Positions 1 to 14,700 are shown, counted from the whole stretch's first letter. The stretch: 63,128 bases of DNA, filler included, from Choristocarpus tenellus KU-1152 (GCA_964200185.2; 10 parts of 10 records of this genome joined end to end with filler, not necessarily neighbours in it), one strand, 5' to 3'. Made by a program: numbers and translations. Notes: generated by a model not told the origin, from the letters alone.

Positions 1-288
1 CGGAAAGGACAAGCGGCTCTAACCCTCCCCCCCCCCCCCCCCCCACTCTGAGATACTAACTATGGCACACATGGTTGCTAGCAGTGAAGGGTCGACTGCA
101 CACACATACTTCCTTTGCCTACTCTTACTCAAGAGACAAATCAATACTGCTGACTTAAACACACCCATGGAAAATTTACCCTCACCTTTGAAAAGTACTT
201 TTTCCACACTGTTATTCCGTCCCGGTGGGTCACTTCCGACCATCCAGGCTGGTTCATCGCCAGCCTTGCACTCTCCTACACAACACAC

Positions 289-486
289 AGTAATAGTAGT
301 ATTCGTAGTGGCAATAGTATTAGTAGCAGTAGTGGTAGTGGTAGTAGCAGTATTAGTAATAGTATTAGTAGTGGTATTAGTAATAGTAGTAGTAGTAGTA
401 TTAGTAATAGTAGTAATAGTATTAGTAGTGGTATTAGTAATAGTAGTAGTAGTAGTAGTAGTAATAGTAGTAGTAATAGTAGTAGT
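289..486. repeat. Degenerate (GTA/ATA/GTG/TTA)n trinucleotide microsatellite
   Basis: Directly visible. It explains the poly-Thr and poly-Val ORFs 19..492 and 62..502. Confidence 0.95.
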
Positions 487-3400
487 GCACAAGAAAGAGT
501 GAGAGTGTGTATCAGTTCAGCAAGGGAATAAGTGGGGGGGGGGGGACTGATTTCGGGCAGCAGTATGATTTTGGTGAGGAACTACCACTTCAAAACCTCG
601 TTCATCCATGGTCATGAAAAAAAACAACTCCTAGCAGTAGTTGTGTTAGTATCTTCAGTACTGAGCTTCGAGCCCTCAATATTTCACACCAATCCATCAC
701 TTCTTATTACTGAGAAAAACAGAAATGGGGGACTTACGTGCCCAAATTTGTTGGTGTATTAGTCCTCAACCCAAATGGCCTTGACTGCTTTTAAAGTGCT
801 GCCATTTTATGGTCATGGGTATGGCTTGTCTGAAGCGATAGTCGTGTCCTTGTTCCGGATGCAATCTGTGTAGGCTATGAGTCTGTTCAAAACGTTCTAG
901 AAGTACTCTCTAAGACAGCATCTGTTACATCTAACACCTCTAGACCTCATCACGTCAACTCCGTGAGTGTGTTGATTCAACTACTTCACACCCTCCCATT
1001 TCATTTTTCTCTCAATTCAAACAACACTTTGGTGTTACAGAAACCTTCTTTTCTGAATCACGACCTGCCTCTGTGCTTAATGCTCTGTAAACATCAGGAC
1101 TTGTCACCGAGCCAGGCTGGTAGCATGTCCACTGTTGACCATATGGTAATGTCATTTTGAAGCCGTTGATGGTCATGGACTTGGCCATGTTTGAAAACGG
1201 TTCTACATGGCCGGCCGTTGGTCAGGGTCATGTTGAGTAGCGATGGCCATGGACTCAGTCATGCTAGAACCTTTTATGTATGGTCAGCCAGGTGATAGCT
1301 TTTTTGATGGTTGGACAGACCACATCATAGTCATGTCTCCCGATTTACCATTCACCCACTCGTATCTTCTATCCTATACCGGTACTGTAGGTACTATATA
1401 CGATATATATATATACTGATATTTCTATGGCATTTTCTATTTTACACTTTAGACTATTAAAAATTGAAAACGATAAACAATTACATCATTGTGCACTTGG
1501 TGTTAGGGTGGCTGAGGTGATCTGTGACTTCCAAGATGTATTTCGACACTCGTTCATCAAGAGTCAAATGCGAAAAATAAACAATATATCAATTTTTTTT
1601 TTTAAGTTCCATGCCTACATGTCTCCTCGAACTACAACCTCCTCACGATTTCAAACTGAGAAAGTCCAGATAAGATTTGAAAGAGTACCATCTATATACA
1701 CATACTATTGGAGTATAACTTAACCTTTGACATGTACACAAAAACATCTATTTTTCATTGTTGGACCAGTACCACATGTACCGGACATGGATGCTCCAAA
1801 TACACCAGAATAAAAGTTGGCCTAGCCAGTGAACATGGTTCAGACATGCAAGAAAAAAGTTAGACTGGTCGACCAGGGGACAACAGGCCGGTACAATTAA
1901 CCAGTGGACATGGACTGGTACAATATCTAGTGAACATGATCCAGACATGTTCGAGAATGTTGACCCAGTCTGGTCAGTGGACAGGGTCAGGGGATACATA
2001 ATACAATCGTGGTAACAGTCCGGCCAGCAGTTGAGACCATTTTTTTTTTTGCTGGCCCAGCGAAAAGCATATAAAAAAAAGATGGCTAGTAGTGATCATT
2101 CTCGTTGTGAATTTCACAACCCAACACAAGAAAGCAAAACAAAACAAAAATATGTACCAGGCACGTGAGAATGCGTGCACATGGTTCAACACGAAGGAGG
2201 GAGACCAATGGGCACCAAGCACCAAAATCCACTGTTCCACCACTTAAAAAAAAAATCACAGCGCTAACCCCATGTGGGCCACGACCACACCTGTAAAGCC
2301 CATCTATCTACTGCTGTACCAGTATTGTACTCTAGACCCAAACGGTCCACATCAATCGTCGGTACCACGTACGGTTCTCACGTACAGCTCTAGCGTCAGG
2401 AGTCAAACAAAACCCACCCCAGAGCAAACCCAGGAAACCAGATGACACAAATGCACGCCTCCATACCTCTACAAAACCTCACACACACACACACACACAC
2501 AAATGGCCTTGGCGAGAGGTTACTTTAGCCGAGTCTTCACATCGATCACTCCTCCACATCGTCTTTTTATCAGAATTGACACACAAGCAGCTCACCTTCA
2601 ATTTCCCACCTCTAAATAAATACACACGCCCGATCAGGTCTTGTAAACACCTACAACTACAACCCACACTCGGGGTGATGTGATAAGACAAGAGAGTAGA
2701 TATATATATATATATATATATCAGCAAACAATCTACAACGATTGTGTACGTTCTCTGCGCACACACGCCTCATCTGCACACGCAAAAACCGAAATTAAAT
2801 ATATAGGACCTTGGCAGGCGTTCATGTGCACACCCACCCATGCGAGAGTTTCATCCTCTCTTAGCGCTTGCTCTCTGATTGCACACCTTTTTTTTTTCTC
2901 TCTTTTTGCAAATCAAAAAGAATATCACGATTCAGTGACAGAGATGCCTGGCAAAATACAGCAAACCTAAAATATTAATAAAGATAGTAATAATAATAAT
3001 AATAATATTACATGACAATACATTGTGTCGCTGCTGAGTGTAGACAGTTCAAACCAAATTTTAGCCACTCTTGCAGATAGGACATATTCCCATGGGTTAA
3101 TGTATACTACAACGCACTTGTGACTGACTGAGCGATTTGTCAGGTGATCCTTCCATTTACATTAAGAGCGAAAGCTCTCATACGCATATAACACATAAAT
3201 ACATACATACATGTTTACATCATGATTCCTTCTTGATGGACCACCAGTCCACAAGACAAGTCCTTGCTTAAAAAAACAAAAAAACTTTTGAACGAACTGG
3301 ACCATCAATCGGGTCTCATCTCTTAACAGGACTGGCCTACGATCATCGTACTGTCAAACTGCACCAGCCAGCCTGCCGCCCTGCCCCTCTTGTGTGAATT

Positions 3401-4570
3401 TTTTTTTCTGATGAGGTCTGTTCAGGACCGTCAGAGACTCGAACCGGACTGGGGAACGGACCAGCCCCAGTGAAACATGGTTCTAATAACATGACCAATC
3501 CAGTACTGCCAAAGATTGGAACTGGATCGAACCGCGCACCAGGTCATGAACTCATTACAACACAGAAGACAGTACCGACCTGGGCCGAGCAGCTCTCCAC
3601 TAAAGGCGATTTGCGCTTACAGCAATTTGTGTACCTCAAGGAATATATATATATATAAATGAGTTATTCCCATATGTATTTGGGACATAATGGAGGTGGA
3701 CCCAACGCATTTTTAATTGGGGCGAGCCTGATCCCGTTAACACACCGTTACATTCCAGACAACTCCACTCAGTTTCACTTCTTGTCTTGACCACACAACA
3801 AACTGTCGAATCAAACTCCAAGCACTCATCCAATCCAAAACACTCAACTCCTTAACACTATCGTGGAAACCAGAAACGCCTCACATAGACGTCCAACTCC
3901 ACTTTCAAATATTCCTCAATAAGACTGCTCCATTCCCACCTCTATACAAAACTTTCATTCCACGCAACTCAACCAATGTACATAATACCAATAATTTCTC
4001 ACAGCCAGACCAATGTACATCCTAAAATAGACTTGCAAATTTGGTCGACTGTGCAGGATTACTCACCTACACTGGTGGTATATGTTAGATTGCTTGTACC
4101 ACTATTGGTAAATACCCCCAAACATAATACCATTTCTACAACCTCAGACTTCTTAGTTGAGGGAAACTGGTAACTTTTCTCATGCAGCTGTTGGTGACCC
4201 ATGCCCCCCCCCTCAAAAAAAGACTTCATTTAAACCACCACACCTCATCAAGAGTCATCGTGGCAAAGACCCCACAACAAAAATATACAACACAGAAACC
4301 AACCACGGATAAAAACACATTCTTGTAAAAATAAAAATAAAACAATACAGGTTGCGGCTTGTCAAAAAAAAAAAATCCATAAATTATGAAAACAAATCAG
4401 GTCACAAAACGCCCCATCTCCAACACTTTTTTTTTTTAAGTGGAGACGAAACAAGCAAGAGCTACAATAATGTGCCTGTTGATGATGACATTCAAGAAAT
4501 GGTGGACATACTCAAATAAATAATCTTGAAGGCAAAAGTTGGAGATCAAAAAAACCAAACACATACATAC

Positions 4571-4693
4571 CTGAGCCAGTTCCAGCTCAGACAAATACTG
4601 GTTCTGAACCTGTAAGGCGTTCCGATCCTCTGAAGGTGCTCTTCGTGCCCCGGAAACTGCTGCAAACATCCCTTCCAAGGTGGTAGGAATGGA
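4571..4693 (-). CDS. Isolated candidate internal exon (phase 0/0, 41 aa: SIPTTLEGMFAAVSGARRAPSEDRNALQVQNQYLSELELAQ), gene unknown
   Basis: Upstream pyrimidine tract and acceptor aactatag|TCC; strong donor CAG|gtatgt; 123 bp open; more GC-rich than its flanks. No family recognised. Confidence 0.45.
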
Positions 4694-6154
4694 CTATAGT
4701 TCCAACAAACCCAAGAGTGGGACACGTGAAAAAAAGGGGGGTTGGGGAAAGGTTCAGGAACGATCTTGGTGGTCACGTGTCCGTTTCTATCTAGTTCTTG
4801 TTCGTCGCAGGGGTGTATCACTTGCAGGCATAGGCTTTCTTCCTTTGCAGAATAAAAAACACAACATTCTGGGATAAATAGATTGCATGGCACACACATT
4901 ATTATTATTATTATTACTACTATTATTTTGTTCTTTAATCACTTAACAAGAATTACCAACAACCTGATTTTTTTTCCCCCACAAAAGAATCATTTCAGAA
5001 GAATTGTGTTGAAAAAAATCACAGCAAAAAAAAGGCGACAACTACTCTCTGAGAATAATAAGACGAGTTGACCTACTCTCTGAGAATAATAAGAGTTGAC
5101 CCTACAGACTCATACAGTACTGTGTGTACTTTTGCAACAAGTTGTGTGCAAACAAAAGTATCTGTTTGAAAACAAGATACCATAACCAGGTTGGTAAATA
5201 CTGTCCCTCACCTGTGGGAGGCTTTTCTTCTCAATTCCAAACTGTACACCTAGCTGGAATACACCCCTTCTCAACCTTAACATCACTTTTAAGGAAGAAT
5301 CTCCAACATAGTAACCAACCTATAATATATCCATTCTTCACAATTTTACTATTTCTATTTAATAATAATAATTACTACACTGTAACACCTAGCTATATAA
5401 GCTAATCCATTCCATTAAACTATCCTTTTAAAAATAAATATGTAGTAATAATAAAACATATGTTATACTGCACCATATTGCAATCCACGCAGACTTTGAT
5501 AAGACAAGACACTCCCTCAATTCACCACCTTTGACCCCCCCCCCCCTCACTGTATTGCCTCATAATACATAAATAAAAATTAAGTAAAACCATCACCTCC
5601 ACTACTGCCATAAACAACACAACACAATACCAGACCAACAAAACCCACCCATACAACAGAGCGGGCCCCAACCCATACACCTAGCCACCCCTCATCAAAA
5701 ATACGCCTCCATGCTGCTTACTAAACCTTGAAAATGCTTCCCAGCATTTTAAATAGGACTTTGGAACAGTCAGCGTTACGGTAGGACAACTAGAATAACT
5801 GATGATGGTATATATATAACAATTACTAGTAACATATGAGGGAAAATGGTAAAACATATAGGGTTGGGTAGCTCCTCCAAGTACCGATTTCTAAGTTGGT
5901 AAACGGAGATTTTTACATTAGTTGGAGCTATGTCCCTCAGGTTAAATAAGTTGACAGTCCTAACCCGAACCCCTAACCCATGTCTTTCTCATGCACATTT
6001 TCACATTAAAAAACAAAACAAAAAGAAGAGGTGCGGTTATTTCTTCATGTACTCCCCTCCATTAAAAAAAAAAAAGCTCAACGATACAAGAACAAAAAAG
6101 AGTGTTTGCACAACAACCTGCTCTTTTACAATTCGATTTACGATGCTTAATATA

Positions 6155-6370
6155 CATACATAAAATAATAATAATAATAATACATACATACATATGTACA
6201 CATATATAAATTAATAATACATAAAACATACATATACAAACATAAATTAATAATACATATATACATACATATGTACACGTACATAAATTAATAATGCATA
6301 AAACATACATACATATACAAACATAATTAATAATACATATACATACACATACATACATACATACATACAC
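6155..6370. repeat. Low-complexity (ATAC)n / cataaattaataatacat degenerate repeat
   Basis: Directly visible. Confidence 0.85.
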
Positions 6371-6664
6371 AATAGGTATCAGTCTTTTTCGCGCTTCAAA
6401 CAAAAGAAAAAATATATGTATCATCGATACATCCGACTTCAAATCATAAGAGAACACTTATCGACTAGGCATTGTTCGGGCGGCCACAATTTCACGCCGA
6501 CAGAAATTCAAAATATCAGAACTCATTCAGAGCAATTTTAAAAAAGTGTCTGTGATTGGGCGGCGATGGACCGATCAAAATCCACCAGCTGACTCTTTAC
6601 GAATGGAACTAGAATGACATAGTGCGGAAGACTGCACAAAATTATTCTGAGAAAAATAATCTAA

Positions 6665-6704
<40 letters not shown>

Positions 6705-7219
6705 GTCTTTACACCAATATATATATATACACAGCGAAAAAACAAGCATGAATCAATGACGCCCTAATGATGGAGGGGCCTACAATATTTTTAGTACCAC
6801 AGACAGAGACCTTAAGGGGTAAAAATGAAGATTGAGATGGCCTCTAAAATGACCACATGGACTGCAGTAGGGTGACTGACAGACACCCTGAGACTTTTGA
6901 CATTTTCGTGAAATGAATAACAAAAAAATAAAAGAAGAGGGGACAATCTTAGCCCTCTCGAGTTCCAAGGCCTCTCTTTGAAGACTATGCAATTGGTATC
7001 ATTTTCATGTCTGAGGAGCAGTTAACCCACCCCCCTTGGAAGAGGTTCTGATTGTAAAAGATAAACAGCAGGCGTGCGCATGTCGTCAGCGAAAAAGAAG
7101 CGCCTTCCATGGTGGCACTCAAAACACAACAGTAATATCAGTATCAGTATCGCAAGGAGTCATTAGGGGCTAACTAACCCTTGAGACTCGACGACCGCCC
7201 CTCTTACTTTTACGGTTAT

Positions 7220-7220
7220 A

Positions 7221-7270
<50 letters not shown>

Positions 7271-7470
7271 TGACAATACAAAAAAATACGATAACAAAAT
7301 AAAAACAGCAGTAACAATAGTAATAGCAAATGATACAAAATAATAATACTAATAAAATACTAATAAAAATAGCACTAATAATAGCAATAACAATGACACA
7401 AGTAATAATAATAATAACAAAATAATAATAAAATAGCAATGATGATAAGGAAATAATAAACAACAATAAA
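7220..7470. repeat. (AAT)n microsatellite and its degenerate extension
   Basis: Directly visible. It explains the poly-Ile ORF 7170..7466. Confidence 0.9.
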
Positions 7471-8236
7471 ATATATTATCACAAGATACAACTGTTCCAA
7501 CAACGAGGAGCGCACCAAGCCTTTGTCGGATGGAACAACAGTGGCATCTCAACATCTTAGCAACAGTCTCTTCCAATCACGCCCTTCACGAAAGCAATCA
7601 CAAAACCATCAATACTCCAGCATGGCCGGGGGAAGATCCGTACGGCGGTATTGGTCATACCGCTGCCAATGGTATGAGATTAATATACTTCATGAAACTC
7701 ATCACGTCCTTCTTGAAATGTCATGTCGTTTACTGTCCTGCAACAGTCTCCAGCTAATCACGAAAAAAATAGCAATAATCAAATCAATACTCAGAATAGC
7801 AGTAGAACATAACTAGAATATATTTTCTCACACCTCTCACCCTAACCCTAACCCTAACTAACCCTAACACTATATGTATGTATGTATGTATGAATGTGAG
7901 CGAGTGGTGAGCGAGTGGTGAGTCACAAAACCATCAATACTCCAGCATGCTGTGGGGTTCAGTCATCCGATTCGCTATTTGAGATGGATCACCATTTAGA
8001 GTTCGTACACGAATCGAGTCATTCAGCACAGTTCATCTTGAGTCGTGTACATCAATACGGATACAGATGCCGTGCAGAATCTAATGCAAAAATATATATA
8101 TATATATATATATTTATTTATTTATTTTTATAATTTTTTTTTAAAAAAGGTCCGCCTGTTAAAAACGATTTCTCTCAATAAAAAAAAAAATGAAATTTTG
8201 AAAAAAAAAAAAAGAGCACACTTTGTAACACCTACC

Positions 8237-8336
8237 NNNNNNNNNNNNNNNNNNNNNNNNNNNNNNNNNNNNNNNNNNNNTTAATTAATTAANNNNNNNN
8301 NNNNNNNNNNNNNNNNNNNNNNNNNNNNNNNNNNNN
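8237..8336. other. Artificial contig-joining linker (N44-TTAATTAATTAA-N44). Identical linkers at 24130-24229, 31219-31318, 36959-37058, 41354-41453, 45472-45571, 51854-51953, 55519-55618 and 59790-59889
   Basis: Nine identical 100-bp N-flanked spacers carrying stops in all six frames. A separate 10-N gap lies at 23238-23247. Confidence 0.98.
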
Positions 8337-8472
8337 ACGTTTTCATAACGTATACTTTTCATCTACTCCGAAACATTTTGGAGTAGGAAAATGTCTTAAA
8401 AACACCCATGGGAAGCCAAGCCCCAAATAGACAAAGAGGGAAAAAATCGTACCCTCTAAGATACTTTCACTC
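8337..8472 (-). mobile_element. MITE family A, partial copy cut by the contig start
   Basis: Ends in TACCCTCTAAGATACTTTCACTC; internal sequence matches the 259-bp copies. Confidence 0.88.
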
Positions 8473-9300
8473 ATGCGACACTTATGGCATGTATAGTGTG
8501 GCAGACCAGGAGGAGCATTATCCTGTATGTTGTCGCTGGATCCATCTGTGCAGGGCATTGTTGTATCTGTACAATACAGTCGTCTAAACTTGATGCGATA
8601 TACTGTATATGTACTGTGCTGTGTGTAATACTGAGAGACAAGAGATTGCTATGATGTGTACTGCTGGTCTCGACCAGCTTTGTACCTTTGTTATATTTTG
8701 CTAACTTTAGACATGCTTTTTGAGAAACCTCTTGGTCAAGTAAGTTAAAAAAAATGGAAGTTTGCTCGATATAAGAGAGAATTGTCAGGAAAACGCCGAA
8801 ACCTCTCTTATAGTGTGAAAGGTTGTGACAAGTCAATTTCTCTAATATATCCCGTTTTCTCTTATATCGACCTCTCTTATATAGGTACACACCCTGTACT
8901 TGTATCGTGAGGCATGGTCCAATCAGTAGTGGGGGGTGTTCAGAATCACCAGTTGTTTTACGGTGGGGTGCTTTCAGCAAACTCAAAGCTCTCTCAACCA
9001 TCAAATCTACTTAGAAATTTGAATGGAATCGCAGATACGATGGGTGACGTCACATCCTTTTGACTGTCAACGTCGAGTGGTCTGAGAATTCTTAAGACTT
9101 CTCGGTGTTTGATGTTGATCGGAACATCACCGATGACAAAGAAATGTGCGAGCGTGGATGTGGATTGGACTGAGATCAGATCCCAAAGTAACCTGTCTGT
9201 CCCACTTCTACATCGATCCTAAATGATCCCACCCTATGTTTAGAGTCTGTTGAAACCTAGGATTGAATTAATCGTGCTTTCTTGTGCTGTGACAGGTTGG
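8473..9300 (-). pseudogene. Decayed transposase-like remnant; core 8917-9190 is repeated at 35635-36170
   Basis: Nucleotide similarity between the two loci (gggggtgttcagaatcaccag, caaagctctctca, gatgggtgacgtcacatcc, gatgacaaagaaat). Minus strand gives an FFVIGxxP motif among stops and frameshifts. Boundaries approximate. Confidence 0.45.
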
Positions 9301-11762
9301 TAGGGAAGGGGTGTCATGGTGCAATGGAGCACCAGTGAATTTGTTCTGATGAACCTAGTGACATGTTGCTCATAGTCAGAGGTTCTTTGCTGCAAAGTAG
9401 TGGGTATTCCTTGCGACGCTCAAAGGAAGAAGTACATGCTTTGAGTAGAGGCTTGGCACCTTGTGAAGAAAGGTTGATGAAGACATTTTAACTCTGAATA
9501 TATGGCATCCTGTTGTGTAGAGGTACACTTAGTGTAGAGTTAGTAAAGCCTTGATGAATATCTGAATGGGCCTGAACTCTGCAACGTTTAAAAACATTAT
9601 TCGAAGCTTGAAAGAGTGCCTCTCGATTTCATGCGCCATTCATGACTACCCTTGATTGAGCCTCCATTTCAATGTACCCGTAGCAGTTGTGTGTATATAT
9701 ATATACACAAGAGCGAGGTGACCAAGCTTGACAACAACTGTGGCAGCTGAATACAATACCAGGTGTTCAACTTTTTCGACATATCTTGGGGTTAGGGAAG
9801 TGGACTCTAATTATGAACTTCTTCACGCCTCCTCAATCTTGACTTTATTAGACTGTGCGGCGGATATAGTTTATGCTGATGCAATAGCAAAGATGTCTAC
9901 TTAGCCCTCTCATATTCTCTCATCCCGTGTATTCCAAACCATTCATGCTGTACCTTTCAGCTTCCTTCTTACGCTTACTTTTCATGCTGACTGTTTAACG
10001 TATCAAATCCCTGTATCACCTGCATCTCACACCCCCCATAACTTCCCCTAAAACCCTACCACCATCACCCCCGACCATCTAACTGTCCATATCCCCACAA
10101 CAAATATCTTCCCTTGCATTCAGTATCATGGGTCTCTGGGTCACGGGAATCTCTTGTTGATGGTCCACCTGAGCAAGGTGTGTCATGTAGACTATGTACC
10201 TCTGCACCTGGAAATCCAAACCCAGTAAGAACCAAAGCACACAGTAGAGGATGGAGATTCACTACCCCTATTTGCATGGATGTGGAATGGTTGATGAGTA
10301 GTGGGATAGCTGAACATAATGTACAAGAAGGAAAGGCATTTATGAAGGTATGGTTCAATAATTCAGTTGCAGGAAACAAGTAGGACAGCAGTAGCACCAT
10401 GAGACCTCGACTGAGGTTAGCCCAGACCAAATACACGAAAATAATTTCACGACCCAATATTATGGTAATTTCCCTATTATGTCAAATGTAATGCTTAGCA
10501 TCAACGATGGAGATATTCCACCGACCCTTAAATGACCTAGAGGTTAGCAGAGCATCTACTCAGGACTACTTCCCAACTACTACAACCTCTAACCTTTCAC
10601 AACCATGTCAAGTAAGACCGTGAGTTTGCGTTTTCATCAAAACGTGCCCAACCCAATTGTGATCTAGAACTTAGCAGATAATGTAATCGGTCAGATAGCA
10701 AATTTCTCATCCAAGGCCTCTCAATGCAAATTGCATTTAACGTGGGTGCATGTGCAATGTGCATGCTACCACTCAACATCAATAATACCCACCTAACTTC
10801 AGCTAGGGTTAGGGTTAGTTGGCGCAATCATTGCTGCTCTCACCTCGATATTGCCTTTCGAAAAATGCATCCCTAACCCAAACCCAACATCTTTCACCTC
10901 AGCAACCCTCCCATAAACTCACTACCTACACACTTGGAGTACAATCATCCCCTTTCAAATATCAACCGAGAGAGGTCTTCCAGGAAATATCTTGTGACCA
11001 CCATGTATCATTATAATCCACAAATTCTACTACCCCACGATATTATGATATTCTGACTCTTCTACACCAGTAGCACAGCTCTAGTAGTGTTAGGACTTAG
11101 GTTATGTAATGGTGCAGGTTAAAATGTGGGTAGATCCTGTCGCCTAGAGGCTACAAGTGCCTACGTCCGATCCCCATGCCTAGGAGGTTGGCACCAACCT
11201 TCCCTGCTACCTAAACCTAACCATCTGAGTGGGCATCTCCTTCAACTCATTGCAGCTGTGATTCATTAAATGCAAGTTACTCTTTATTGCTCATACAAAA
11301 GACGATCACTAACAACATCAAGACATACATTTCTACACTACCACTTGGAGCCAACCTGTCCCAACTGTGTTGTCCAACCATTTTAGAGCTCTTCATCATC
11401 CCTCCAGATATTGGTGTATGCAATTGAACCTCGATCCACAACTGCAATAGGACAACCACTCCCCATTCAATGATGACACTGTCCTTGAGAGGACATGTAG
11501 TTGTTTGTCAGTGTTGCAGACGTCGTACAGAGAGACCTCTGGCTTGATTGTCCCAGGATGGCAAATAATGGTGCTAAGCAACAGTAATCCCAGAGCACAA
11601 ATGGATATCACAAATGGATACCATTTCCCCTCTCACCAATGTGTACATGGACCTTCCAGCAGGCTCATCCTCATTCTCTATAAAACTGCTCTTGACATTG
11701 ACTAAGGACATTCTAAAATCTACCTCTCCCGCCTAAAGTATGTCTTCCTGCGAGACTGTTTC

Positions 11763-14700
11763 TCAAGTACCACGGGTCGTGATGTCCTCCACAAGTTCAT
11801 CGGACAGGCATCTGATTTTGTCATAACCAGAGCATCACAGAGAGAGCATTTTGTAGGAGGGAAAAAAAAAAGATAAAACGATGTGGACAGTAATATCACA
11901 AAAGTATTGAAGTAAAAAAATTAAAAAATGATATTGATTCAATCCAGTAGTGCAATGGCCAAAATGCAACTGGTGTATAGGAAGGTCTTCATTTGTTATG
12001 CGTTTGGTGTTTGTCTTGCCTCCCCACTAATAACATCTGCAAACTGTCAGTGGGCATGCCCATACCATAATGTACTCCACTATATTTCTACATCGTATCA
12101 TGAAAACGATATCTAATGTTTTGATAATACATTATTAGAAAATGACTATACTTCCTAACTGCCAACACATAAAAAAATCAACTAGTCCAACACTATACCC
12201 TACCCCCCCCTTATGAGACTGCCCTACACATGCCCTAACAAACTTGTACCTACCATTCCAGATAAATTTCGCCAGAATCTAAGAAAATGTGGTACCAGAT
12301 ATAACAAAACTGTGAAAGCCTTTACTGTAGTGTTGGAGAAACTTAGAAGTATTCTTGTTACAAAATATTAAAACTTTGTATCAACAATAATTAGAAACCT
12401 GCCTTCATCACTTCTTATATTCTGTTCTTTACCTAGACCTGTACTCATTAACAGAAATTACCAATAAAATATTTTATTATAAATATAGGCACTTACCCCT
12501 CCTTCATTAGGCTTCGCATGTGGAGGATGGGCAACACACCCAGACTGGTCTTGTCTGTTCCATCCAGGGTGAACGCCCTCTTCTTCGGCAGGAATGAAGT
12601 CAATGACCCTTTGCATGTACAAATGGTTTATCATTTTGGAGATAAAATTACAGTTACACTATCAATCGGTGGGAGTGATAAGCATGAACATTGCAACTAC
12701 AGAGAGTGAAAGTATCTTAGAGGGTACGACTTTTGCCCAGTTTGTCCATTTGTGTCTTGACTTCCCACAAGTTTTTTTATGATATTGCACCTACTCTGAA
12801 ATGTTTTGGAGTACGTAAAATGTGTACATTATGAAAAGGTGCATCCGGAACAAGGATATTGACACTTCCAACAAACATGACAGCCAAAATTACATCAAAA
12901 TCGCAACATTGGATTTTGGCCCCCAAACGGACAGGGCTCTACTCTCTAAGATACTTTGACTCAGAACAAACTACTAACAAATTGTTGCCGGCAGACCTTA
13001 TTTAACAGTGCTTAAGAGTATCTCCTTTTCTATATCTATACTAGGAATACATTTGTCGACGGCACATAAATTGTCTCTTACGGTCAGTATGAATAGAAGT
13101 TCTATGTTGTTTGTTAGTGACTGTAAGCTACTACATAATATCTCTTAGGTGTTATGGTCTATGGTCGGGCTCATCGCTTTAGACCCAATGAAAAACGTTC
13201 TATTCTTACACTGAGTAATCGTGTATATACATATTGGTAGCCTATACCATGTAGTAGAGAGTCCTTCACGTTACAGCTACAAGAGCGACTCCTTCATGCA
13301 GAACCTCAAGAAACTTCATGATTACTCTTTTCCAAGACAACCAAACAATTACCGCATCCAACAGATGGGTCCCACAGGAACACCCCTGAACTGGTAAGAG
13401 ATACTGAGTAGAGCATCTCTATAGGCTTACTATATTCTATACTGCTTCAAGGATAAGGTAATACCAAATTATGATTCCTATTAAAAAAGAATAAAAGAGT
13501 AAAAAAATAAACTGGATAATTCTCTAGCCCAAAACAGCTATTCATTTTTCAGCATTCTTCAAATCTCACACACTAATCACTCTTCACATGCTACAGCATT
13601 TATGGAAAACATATTCGTTCTGGCTACATAACTAGCATACTAGCAATGATCTCGTCAAACAGGAGGCATTCAGATGACTCAGACAGCTCCTACATGACCA
13701 GGACAACGAATCAGCAATACCTCCTCATACCATCGTAGGTGGGTTGAAATGACAACTTCCAGCAATGCATTGTTCATAGGCGGAAAAAGTAGGCAACATC
13801 TTTGACAGAGATTCATATTGTAGTTTCACCTGTCATCTTTGCCAAGTACACAGCAACAGTTACCCTGTAACAATGCACAGCTCATTAAATGACTGTGAGT
13901 GTGGGAAATCACCATGGGACCTCAAGGAAGCGCACAGTACTGTGATGAACAAGACACTTGATTTCTTGCAATAGGGGTTGGTTCTCTCATACCATACCAT
14001 AAAATGTTTGTACCACTGCAAAAATCTCTCTACCTCTCCGCAGCTGAGGGAGATACCACACTATGCAGGCTGAAAGGGAAGGGATAGGGCTATGTAATTG
14101 TATTCCAGAATTTTCGATCAACACATAAAAATATCGAGTAGACTCTCCTTGTCCCAAGTGTAGTAGGAGAAATGCATCAAGTGTAGTAGGGGCACCTTAT
14201 CACACCTGGCACAGTACCCTTGACGTTGGACTTGTTGACCACGTCCATGAGAGCATCAAGGTCGTTCATCTTCATGTACGGACATGTTGCACATCCACCT
14301 GCAGTAGAGCAGCCCTCCCCTCCTGAATTGGAATAACAACCAATTGAGTATTGGAGTACAAGAACCAGGCTAGTGTATTGGAAAAAGTCACCAACTTGAA
14401 GGAAAATATTCAACTAAGTCAAGTACAGATGACACTTCTACTACTGGTACTGGTACTGGTACTGGTACTGGTACTGGTACTGGTACTGCTTCAAAGTACC
14501 ACTACTATAGAGTAAGGAGTAAGAAGTAAGGAGTCTCACACGCAGCAAACACAGCAGACTTGAGCGTTACCCTACCCATTAGCAGTGGTATCCTTTCTTG
14601 CACTAGGCATAAAACGACCAACACTAATAATCTATCTTGAGTAAAAACAATAATGTAAGTGAGAGCAAAAAAGAGGAAAAAATACAAAGGAAAGGAAGGG

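Noticed and set aside
19-502. ORFs of 157 and 146 aa (poly-Thr mucin-like, poly-Val membrane-like)
   Set aside because: Both are translations of a trinucleotide microsatellite.
2500-2612. Possible minus-strand micro-exons of the gene owning the 4571-4693 exon
   Set aside because: Splice-like sites exist, but I could not build a consistent frame or recognise any homology.
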